From Paramecium tetraurelia (taxonomy: Eukaryota): a stretch of 64,000 nt of DNA. The stretch is taken from contig CT868074.1 of NCBI GenBank assembly GCA_000165425.1, forward strand, positions 186,001 through 250,000, read 5' to 3'. Below are positions 53,728 through 64,000 of the stretch, in pieces. The position numbers were made by a program, and so were the translations under genes. The notes beneath the pieces were generated by a model. That model was not told the DNA's origin, did not search any database, and saw only the letters and a list, made by a program, of their open reading frames with translations. The first letter of the stretch is position 1. Each line of letters starts with the position of its first letter.

Positions 53728-54734
53728 ACTCAAAATGATGTTTATTATATTAAATGCAATAATTTATTTGCAAAACAAACTGATAAATCAAGAAATTTGA
53801 TTAGATTACCAAAGATAATTGTGTTTTTAGTTTCATTTTGCTTGATAAGGTCCCTGTTTTAAGGATTCAAAGTTGTAGGGGATATTTTTTGGAATCTTCT
53901 TTAATTCTTAAGTTTTAATTAATATTATTTTATTTCATAAAAACGTAATTAGGAACGAGTACATCATCCTTACTTGTTTTTTCCTTAATTACAACCTATA
54001 TTTATGATGTCAATGTTATTTTATCATTAAATAATAGAACATTAAGCACTAATTTGGGAATAAAAAAAAAAATCTTAGGTTGTAATTCGAAACTTTAATT
54101 AGCATATATATTAATTAGAGATAAAACTTAAGATATTAAAATAATAAATATTGATAGGATTAATTGAAATTATCATCTGTTTAAAAACAATATTAATGAG
54201 TTTTTGATTTTGAATGATTATGTATGTCATTTTGGATTGAAGAACTCTTTTCTAATATTTTAAACAGAAATTGTGATACGCATTTAATCACCAAAATATG
54301 TGTAAGTAAATCTGTTTTGAGTGATTAGAAGAATGTAAATGAAATATAAAAGCATATAGAGTATTTCTTAATTTACCTTAATGCATAAATTAAAAATATT
54401 AATATAATTAATTTAGTTTATTTTTAAAGATCAGCATTAGTATTCAATAAAAAAAGCATACTTATTTGAAAAAAAGAGAGATTTGATCTAGAGATCTCTT
54501 TGAATAATAAACAGACCCAGTGCAAAGATTTTAGAGAATTTTATATTAAAAGGAAAATAACAGTTGATTATATTAAAAAGGACTTAAATATTAAATTAAT
54601 TTTAAAGGTGGTTTAGGGTGGATATGGTTTAATGATGAATCAAGTTCAATTGCAAAGAGTGAGGTAACACAGAATGCTCCATAAAATGATAATATTATAT
54701 GGAATCATATATATAGCGTTTATTAATTTATTCA

Positions 54735-55450
54735 ATGTTTATAAACCCTATGAACCCGATGATCTTTTGCTTCCCTTATTTTTATCCAATACAATTGCCC
54801 CAACCATTCGTTAAAGAGGAGGCATCTGATACTGAGAAAGAACAAACAGTCCAAAGTATTCAAGAACAAACGAACGCAAGTGGAATAGTCAGAGGGAAAG
54901 GATAGTTATGGACTAACGAAGAGGTGAATAACCTTGTGAAATATTATAAATAATATCATGGGGATTGGAAGAAGATCATAAAACACTTGAAAGGAAGAAA
55001 CATTTCTTAGTGTTCATAGAAATATAGGAAACTTTAGGATCAAGAAAAAAGAACAAAAAGAAAGTGGTCAACTGAAGAGGATAGAATATTACTAGACAGC
55101 TTCGAATTGTATGGAAGATAATGGATTAAGATTGCTGAAAGTATTAAGCAAAGTTATTAATTATAGAGCTTCCAGGAAGGACATCAAAATAGGTCAGAGA
55201 TAGATATGTAAATTAAATAAACCCTACAATCAACCACAATGAATGGAGTGAAACTGAAGATAGAATAATTATGAAGGAATTTCAACAGAATGGACCAAGA
55301 TGGGCCCAAATAGCCAAGCAGCTAAACAATAGATCTGTAATTCTGAAATTCTTATAATTTTAGGAAAATTAAGTAAAAAATAGATTCTATTATACAATAC
55401 TTAAAAAGTATAATGGAGAGCTACATCCATATTTGAAAATACAACATTGA
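54735..55450 (+). CDS. Three-repeat Myb transcription factor
   Basis: LWTNEEV..DWKKI..GRNISQC, KWSTEED..QWIKIAE.LPGRTSKQVRDRY, EWSETED..PRWAQIA..NRSENQVKNRFY; two introns. Confidence 0.9.
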
Positions 55451-55510
55451 TTCTCCTTATTATCACTCTATTTTGACATAATATAAATTTAAATATTCAT
55501 ATATACATTT

Positions 55511-55850
55511 ATGGATCAATTACTACATGAAAAATAAGTCTAGTAGTAACATTCATAGAACTTGGATTAATAACAAAAATAGCAAGACTAATAGAGTGAG
55601 GTCTAACAGGAGCAACAAAAATAAGATAGCAAAGTGGAAGGTGAATCAAAATGACAGGATTTTAAAATCTTCCAAAATGATAAAAATATGGGAATAACCA
55701 GAAATAACTATAAGATTGAATGAAAGAATTGGAAAAAAGTGGATTCCAAAGAGGATGTGAATAATTTTATGTAAAAAAAGGAGGGTAATAAATTTCAGAG
55801 ATCTAAAAGTAAAAACCAGAAAAAACATTTAAGATTTAGGAATAAATGAA
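55511..55850 (+). pseudogene. Short Q-rich coding-like sequence with in-frame TGAs
   Basis: MDQLLHEKQVQQQHSQNLDQQQKQQDQQSEVQQEQQ..., then stops and frame changes. Confidence 0.3.
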
Positions 55851-55963
55851 AGTCAAACGAAATACTTCATCACTGTTGCATCTTTGAACATCAGAATAAA
55901 TTGAGATGTGGAATAGTAAAAATATTTTTACAATTGTTTTTTTATATTTAATTATTTTTTTTT

Positions 55964-58426
55964 TCAAATTTCCTATTATCAGGAAGTGTAGGAAAGTTTT
56001 ACCCAAGTTTCTTCAAAATATACATCATATTAATTTTATTTATAATATATAAGTTCTTAAGTCTGGTACTTATTTATTACCATCAGAATTTGGTGATTAT
56101 GAATATCCACCTCTTTTATGACATAAATAATTAAAATCAGAATCTTATATTACACAAGGCAGCCACTATTATATCAACAAAATGTGCAAGCTGTTTAGTT
56201 AATGGTTCTTCCATTCCTAAGACTCCTTCACTTGGAGATAATAACTGATCCTTTTCAACCTATACTTTTAATTTACATTTTAAACAAGTCTATAATATAT
56301 ATGTAGATTTCATTACTTCAATCACAGCGACTGTATTATTATTTTTGTCTAATAACGGTTGGGCGAATATTGGTAAAATAGACTTAATGTCTACAGCTTG
56401 ATTGAAATGAATTGAGTTTTTTACATCATTTATAATCAATTTCTGTTTTGTATGAGCAACCATCCCAGCCAATCCATATTAAACATCATATTTCTTAGCA
56501 TCTTGACCACTGTAATCAACAAGTTGATTATCTTCAAAAAAGTAAAATAAGACTTAAGAGAATCCAAATATTGAACTAAGACTCATCTACACTTTAGAGG
56601 AAAACTCTTGTTTGCTTTGACTCTTCATAAGATTGGTAAATCCATCCATCATCATTCCTCTATATTTCTATGTAATTATCCATGATTAACTAAATCTAGT
56701 AGATTTATTACTTATCAATTAATCTTTATAACAAATGGCCAAGTTAGTGAGATGCCAAAATGCCAAAGTATTCTTCATCAAATGAAAAGAATTCGTTCTC
56801 AGTATTGGTTACTTCCAAAACACCTCTGATAGCATCATTGGTTTCACAAAACAAAGGCAGCAATAAAGCATTTCTAGCATAGTCAGGTTATTCCGATTCA
56901 TTTATTCTATACAACAATGGTTTCTAAGATGCTTAAGAGATGTTTTAGGCAGATCTCAATTTAAAGACATCAGCCACTTGACCCTTATGTTATAAAGCTC
57001 TAATTTGATTGCCTGTTTCTAAATAGGTAAATATGGTTCCATTCATTCCGTCAATTAACCATAATCTTACCTATTCGCATCCAAATACTTGAGGCAATAC
57101 TCTATTAACCTAGTGGATAATCTACAATTAATAAATATGTTTTACATCTTCAAATAGGATGCATTTACTAAATTGTTCCATATAAAAGAAAAACTGGTTC
57201 ATCTTTTCAGCAAATTCTTTATAGGATAACAATTGTTAGGCTATGATTTAGAATTGTTCTTTTTGGGATTCTACAGGGAGTGTAAAATTGTGTTGACAAG
57301 TAGCCAACACACCTTTATCGGTGAGATCATTTAACAAATGTTAATTGTTTAATCTTTAACTAACTACTCTGAAATCCAAAGTTTAAGGTATTCTAAAATT
57401 AACTAATAAATCGATGTCATCTTTTCTAAACACCGATTTTTCATCTTTGCCCATATCATCCTAATTTTTCTTCCTCATATTATCGATTGTCTTTTATAGT
57501 CGATTAACCAGTTATGTGTATTAACTAAGTTTTCCTTGGACTCGTTCTAATTCTTACTTCTTGTGTTCGAACTCTCTTTTTATAAGTTCATTCTCTTTAA
57601 GCAATTCATTGAGACTGCTTCTCAATTTGTCATTTGGATTCAAGGCAGAATTAACATCATTTTCTAATAGAAACTCGATTCTTTTTTCTAAGGCTGTAAT
57701 TTTTTTAGAATTGGATGCATTTAATTTCCTTTCTTGTTTTAGTTGTTTCTATAATTTGGAATTCTCATCCAATAATTTATTTGTCTTCTAACTATGTACA
57801 TCAATCACACTTTGAAGAGATTGATTTTTATCTGATAATTTCAGTTACTTCATTTATAATGATGAATACTTAACTAGCATAAGTTAATTAAAATACTATT
57901 CTTCCTCTCTATTTCCCTCATCTTGAATCCTAATTCAATTTCAGTCTTTGCAGATTGTTATAATGTTTAAGAAATGCTCTTTAACAATTCTTAAATCTTC
58001 TATAAAGTAGTTTGATTTTTTATGTTGTGGACAAACTCTTTGCCACCAATTACTGAGATCAATAGATCCAAAGTGCTGCATCTAGATTTGAGAATTTCAT
58101 GCATTTCACGAATTCGCTGCATTTTAATAAATAGTTACTAAGAGTTCTTCATCCACTTGGTCTTGTTATCTATAACCATATGAATCCTGCTCTTCAGCAA
58201 TGGTGATTGTGGGTCTCTCCGCACTTATCAATTTCCTAGTGTTTGAGTTTGTAGTACTCACTGAGTTGAATTGAGTACTCATCTTAGGCAAGGCTTGCAT
58301 ATAAGACCTCGGAGTTCCTAATTGTTGTGGTCTTTGAAAGTCTTCTGAAAAGTGTTGACGATGATGCTGATTAAGGAGCAATCCTAACCCTTTACGTGAA
58401 GCTTTTGCATTATCTGATGTTTACAT
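55964..58426 (-). CDS. Coiled-coil + tandem GAF domain protein (3' end approximate)
   Basis: GAF-like CE.VRLWLID...ARNALLLPL...IRGVLEVTN...FSFDEEY, and a second GLAGMVAHTKQKLIINDV..SIHFNQAVDIKSILPIFAQPL...VAVIEV. Confidence 0.75.
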
Positions 58427-58526
58427 TATTAATTTAAATACTATTATAATACAATTATAAAGTATATATATATTTATTTATATCATCATTCATTAAATTA
58501 ATTACAAAATTAATCAAAATTTAAGG

Positions 58527-58595
58527 ATTTCTAGAATATAACTACTTTATAAATTAGCAAATAGAAATTCTTGATTTTCGAAAATTCTAGAGATT
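58527..58595 (+). promoter_or_regulatory. Heat-shock-element-like inverted nGAAn arrays upstream of HSP90
   Basis: TTCTAGAA at 58529-58536 and GAAAATTCTAGAG at ~58580-58592, 60-120 bp upstream of the HSP90 ATG. Confidence 0.55.
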
Positions 58596-58650
58596 TTACT
58601 TCTTAAATCCTTGACTTATATCCTGAGAACCATCAATTAATTTAATAGCA

Positions 58651-60784
58651 ATGTCAACCACTCACAATAAAGAAGAATAATTCCACTTCAATGCAGATAT
58701 CCAACAATTGATGGGACTCATCATTAACACATTCTATTCCAACAAGGAAATCTTCCTTAGAGAACTCATCTCCAATGCTTCAGATGCACTCGATAAAATC
58801 AGATACAAATCCATTACAGATCCAGACAGTGCAGGATTAAATGTTGAACCCAATTTCAAAATAAAAATAATTCCAGACAAAAACAACAATACCTTAACCA
58901 TCCAAGATACTGGTATTGGTATGACCAGAGATGAATTAATCAATAATCTTGGTACAATTGCCAAATCTGGAACAAAGGCCTTCATGGAAGCACTCAATTC
59001 TGGTGCTGATATTTCGATGATTGGACAATTTGGTGTTGGATTCTATTCAGCTTACCTTGTTGCAGATAAAGTAGTTGTGCTTTCAAAGGCTGTTGGTTAA
59101 TAACAATACAAATGGGAATCATAAGCTGGTGGAACATTCTTTATTTATGATGACAGCGAGAACCCCAATTAATTGACTAGAGGATCAGCTGTTATTCTCC
59201 ATCTTAAATAAGATAACTTAGAGTTCTTAGAAGAAAAGAGACTCAAAGATTTAGTCAAGAAGCACTCAGAATTTATTGGGTTCCCAATTGAATTGTAAGT
59301 TGAAAAAACTCATGAGAAAGAAGTTAGTGATGATGAAGAGGATAATAAAGAGAAGAAGACTGAAGAGGGAGAAGTGTAAGAGGAGAAGAGCAAGGATGAT
59401 AAGAAGAAGAAAAAGAAGATTAAAGAAGTTACAACTGAGTTTGAATAGGTTAATAAAAACAAACCGTTGTGGATGAAAAAACAAGAAGAAATCACAAAAG
59501 AAGAGTATGCTAACTTTTACAAATCTTTAACTAATGATTGGGAAGGATCATTTGAGTGTTAAATAGTTTTCTGTTGAAGGTGGTCTCGAATTTAAGGCTG
59601 TCCTATTCATTCCTAAAAGAGCACCTTTTGATTTGTTTGAAACGAAAAAGAAAAAGAATAATATCAAATTATATGTGAGAAGAGTCTTCATCATGGATGA
59701 TTGCGAAGAATTGATACCAGAATATTTAGGATTTATCAAAGGAGTAGTGGACTCAGAAGACTTACCATTAAACATTTCAAGAGAATTCTTATAGCATAAT
59801 AAGATTTTGAAAGTGATTAAGAAGAATATTACCAAAAAATGCATTGAAATGTTCTAAGAACTTTCAGAAAATGCAGAAGATTATAAGAAATTCTATGAGT
59901 AGTTCTCCAAAAATATCAAATTGGGTATTCATGAAGATTCTTCTAACAGAACAAAATTAGCTGAGTTCTTAAGGTTCCACACTTCCAAAAGTGGAGATGA
60001 CTAAATTTCCTTAAAAGATTATATCAGTAAGATGAAAGAGGGACAAAAGGATATTTATTTCATAACTGGTGAATCTAAGGCTTCTGTAGCAGCTTCTCCA
60101 TTTGTTGAAGGCTTGAAGAAGAAAGATTATGAAGTAATTTATATGGTGGACCCTATTGATGAGTATGTAATATAATAGTTGAAAGAATTCGATGGAAAGA
60201 AATTGAAGAATTGCAGCAAGGAAGGATTAGAATTAGATTAAACTGAGGACGAAAAAAAGAAATTTGAAGAACTCAAATCATAATTTGAGGGTCTTTGTAA
60301 ATTAATTAAAGATATTCTTGGTGATAAAATAGAGAAAGTGTAATTAGGATAAAGATTAGAGTAATCTCCTTGTGTTTTAGTGACTGGTGAATATGGTTGG
60401 TCAGCAAATATGGAAAGAATCATGAAAGCATAAGCATTACGAGATCCATCTATGAGTAGTTACATGATGTCCAAGAAGACTTTAGAAATAAATGCTTCTC
60501 ATCCAATAATGAGTGAATTGAAAAAGAAAGCAGATAAGGACAAGAGTGATAAAACAGTTAAAGATCTCATATGGTTATTGTATGAGACAGCTCTATTGAC
60601 ATCAGGATTTAGTTTAGATGATCCAGCTCATTTTGCCAGCAGAATTCATAAGATGATTAAATTGGGATTATCAATTGATGATGCAACAATTGAGGAAGAA
60701 GATGAGAAGTTGCCATGCTTAGAAAAGAAAGGTGAGACAGCCAATACTGAAGCTACCAAAACAAAAATGGAAGAAGTAGATTGA
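58651..60784 (+). CDS. HSP90: Cytosolic HSP90, intronless (one extra base at ~59545)
   Basis: [66 protein letters not shown]-terminal MEEVD*. Confidence 0.97.
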
Positions 60785-60832
60785 TTTACATAAATATATA
60801 TATAATTTAATAAATATATACAAATTTATTAA

Positions 60833-61709
60833 TCAATTCATCCAAATAATTTAAGATAGATATTCAGCTATTAATTCTCTATATTAATAAAGTGCTTATT
60901 GATTACACTTAGTTTTCTTTAAGGTTTGATAAATTTAGCAACAAAAGTTTAGTTTGATCATTATCAATAATTGCTCTCTGATTTAGATTTGTGAGAATGA
61001 TTTATCAAAACTCCAAGGATCAATTATTTAAATATAATACTGCTGTTGATTGATTGTCAAATTTAATGCAATGCAAGGAATTTTCATTTATGGAAAAATT
61101 AGTCGTTTTATCAAAGTTTATTGCTATTGCTATTTTTTTGTATTGATTAATTTTAATGATTCATCCAAGTCTGATTCTTCATCCTAGCTCTCCTATTGTT
61201 TTGCTCGCTCTTATTAATTTTATTAAAGTTGTTATGATATTTATAGCTATTTAGCCAGTTGTCTTTTTTCATAATGGATCATAGACACATTTGTAATATC
61301 TTTAATTAAATCAAACAACATGATGGTTGTTCTAATTATTCTGATCGCATAAACCAGACAATATCTTTAATATGACTCAGTTGTGTTTATGTAATCAGTC
61401 AATGATAACAGATCAATCACTAGCAACATTATCTGATACAAATTAAAGGACGATTTAAGTTTCATAACCTTGCGATATAGAGTCGATAATAAAAATGGAA
61501 TCAGGCAAAATCTGAAAACCTATTGTAAACTCATTACCTACTTTTGTATATCTTCCAAATTCATAATTATAAAGTAGATTCTTTTCAACCCTATACGCGA
61601 ACTTCAGCACTCTTCCACTCATTTTTGTCTCTTCTCTTCCCACTTTTATAAATAGACACAATGCAACAGACAATGCAAACTCAATCGTTTAGAATAAAAG
61701 TCCGAACAT
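60833..61709 (-). CDS. Hypothetical membrane protein
   Basis: MFGLLFQTIEFALSVALCLFIK..., further hydrophobic segments, then an acidic Q/E/D-rich region. Confidence 0.5.
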
Positions 61710-62378
61710 TTATTTAATTATCATTATTATTTATATCATTACACTACTTATCATTAATTTTGATACTCAATAAGTTTATTTATAAATCCAGAACTGGCAT
61801 AAATTATTCTCTATTATCTAATAACATTTAAACCAATCGTCTAACTCCACATAACAGATACAATTAAAATAGCTGCATCTCTTGATTTATCTTACATCTT
61901 GTGTATTAATACTTTATCCTTCTATTCATTTGTAAGTTAATCAAAGCTTTAAGTAAGATTTTACTAAATGTTGATTTTAATTTTGTAAGGTGTATATATC
62001 AAGTGAGTGAATCATATCAGCAAATTTATACTTTTAGATTTCCTTCAATAATTTATTATATTATTACAAATATTTTAGGATATTCTCCTCCTAATTATCT
62101 ATAATTTTGATAACTATAATGATTATTGAATTAAATACCATTAAATTATGAGAATTCATAAATAATGTTTTTAACCTTATCATTTTATTGATTTCAAACT
62201 TTAACTTAATATTGCTTTTACTAATATGATTTCATCAATGAACCTATGTTTCCCTAGAAGCAAAGCTCGAGATTTGGTTCATTAATAAAAGGAGTTGAAT
62301 CAGGTGTATTTTAAAGTAATAACATGTAATTATTAATATAAAAAGATTTAAATAAAAAATCAAATTTCATTGATAAGA

Positions 62379-63051
62379 ATGGCAGCTAATAAATTTTGGA
62401 AAAAGAAGGAAGTAACGAATTAAATCTAACATAAAGTTATCAAGCTTGGAATAATAAGTAGGATCAGCTTTGACATAAATTGAAACAACAATCACTGAAG
62501 TTAAAAATCTCAAAGTGTCATCTGTTGTTGACTACACTGCTAAAATTAATGCAAAGAAGTAGGTCTATTTGGTATTGATCCCATATCCATGTTTGAGCAT
62601 TTATAATAGGATTAGGTAAGGTGTTGATTTAATCGTAGCTCAAAATTATTACCTGAATTGGAAAAGAGAGTCAAAGCTACAATCTTGGTTGCTGCCAAAA
62701 GAACAATTGAAAGCAAATGGGTAAAGAGTCACAGATCTTAAACCAGACCAAACTCAAGAACACTCACATCTGTCTATGATGGCTTACTTGAAGATTTGAT
62801 TAGTCCATCAGTCATTCTTGGAAGAAGAACAAGAGTCAGAGTCGATGGCACTAAGTTTTATAGAATGTAAATTACTTCTCAATAAAATCTTAAGATTCCT
62901 TGATGAAAGCGATTAAAAGGAATTAGAACACAGACTTGATGCAATTAAAGATGTCTACAAAGTACTCACAACCAGAGATTTGGAATTTGAATTCAGAAGA
63001 GATGATACATTCTATCAAAAGAGAGGAGCAAAGAAAGTAGCCAAAAAATGA
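62379..63051 (+). CDS. RPS7: 40S ribosomal protein S7 (eS7)
   Basis: LLPELEKR..ILVAAKRTI...[38 protein letters not shown]...VYKVLTTRDLEFEF; three tiny introns. Confidence 0.95.
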
Positions 63052-63137
63052 TTATGATTATCATTAGTATAGTAAATACATATTGTATATCCAAGACCTA
63101 TATATATTTCTGTTAATCTTATTATATTATTCATATC

Positions 63138-63633
63138 TCACTATTACTTTATATCAAATTTTTCTAGTTCACCAATAAATTGATTATAAAAATTAATTTA
63201 TTATGGAACAGCCCTAGCACTAACTATTGGCAATTCGTATGTTATCAGCAAGTACACTCTCTTACCATTATGTTTTTTGCAAATTCCCTAAACAATAATT
63301 ATCTATTCCATATTACTCTAGCCAATGAAATGCCTTCCCCTACATCTGCATCACCTCTTCTTCCATAAATCAGAGGAGGATGCCATCTATGGACTTCATA
63401 ATGTTCTCCCAGTAGCACAAACCCAGCTCCTATTGTGTTGTCTCTGACATCATAAGCCTTCAAGTAAGGAGCCAACTCCTCTTTTGAAGCTGCGCAATTT
63501 TTATGAGTTATCACATTTAAATCTTCATCAAATATTATTGCTTTGGCCCACTAATTGTTTATTATAGTCAATTTACTTCGTCTTGCTTCTTCAATTCTGC
63601 CAACAATTATGCAGCATCCAATCCTTAATCCAT
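63138..63633 (-). CDS. Profilin-like protein
   Basis: DNTIGAGFVLLGEHYEVHRWHPPLIYGRRGDADVGEGISLAR...YLLITYELPIVSARAVP; two tiny introns. Confidence 0.7.
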
Positions 63634-64000
63634 AATTAATTTAAAATAAAAATCATATTCTTCATATCATCTCAACCTATTTATTCCTACATTTTTCATT
63701 CTATAAAAATCATTTTAGAAGAATCATTCGTCATATTACTTAATCTCATCTCATTTTAATTGTAGTAGATTGAAAAGGTAATATGAGTTGTCCGAATTTG
63801 AGACTCAATTTTATAGGTTTTTAATAATGCAATTACAAGAGAATAAATTTGTATATTTAATAGATAAGCTTATTTTTTAAGCGTCTTGATAGTTTGAAAT
63901 TATTTATTAGTAAAAATTATAATTATATTTTATCGTAAAACCAAATAAAAGGAAATAGATGAAAGGACACTACTATTAAACCAAAAGGAAAATCAACACA

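Noticed and set aside
54473..54502. Imperfect inverted repeat AAAGAGAGAT...ATCTCTTT
   Set aside because: Short, low complexity and expected by chance.
58734..60423. Antisense ORFs over HSP90
   Set aside because: Shadow frames of a highly biased coding sequence, with no independent protein features.

Overview
Gene-dense, very AT-rich ciliate macronuclear DNA, almost certainly Paramecium. Recognisable proteins (HSP90, ribosomal proteins, kinases) only read through if TAA/TAG = Gln and TGA is the sole stop (translation table 6), and genes carry tiny 22-30 nt GT..AG introns. The supplied ORF track treats TAA/TAG as stops, so it fragments nearly every gene. I re-translated by hand and find about 41 protein-coding or pseudogene loci and two identical tRNA-Glu(TTC) genes inside a 231-bp direct duplication. 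Recognised genes: CFAP45, U2AF65-like, MAP3K, DNA pol eta, SNF7, RPS14, RPL19, RPLP1, RPL35, RPS7, GRIP golgin, membralin, a gamma-tubulin complex component, an AGC kinase, an RBR E3, two Myb factors, HSP90 and a profilin-like protein. Most notable: (i) a DDT/WHIM/WSD ISWI-partner-like gene resembling the Paramecium ICOP genome-editing proteins; (ii) three dispersed paralogs of an unrecognised Myb/SANT-like family sharing one intron position; (iii) a Trl1-like ligase-kinase-CPDase protein whose three active sites all look degenerate; (iv) a U2AF65 homolog lacking RRM2 and an RS domain; (v) the recent tRNA-Glu duplication; (vi) several single-base frameshifts in conserved genes, most likely assembly errors. 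No telomeric repeats, transposon ORFs, rRNA or CRISPR were seen. Family assignments come from motif recognition by eye, not database searches, and gene ends of hypothetical proteins are approximate.
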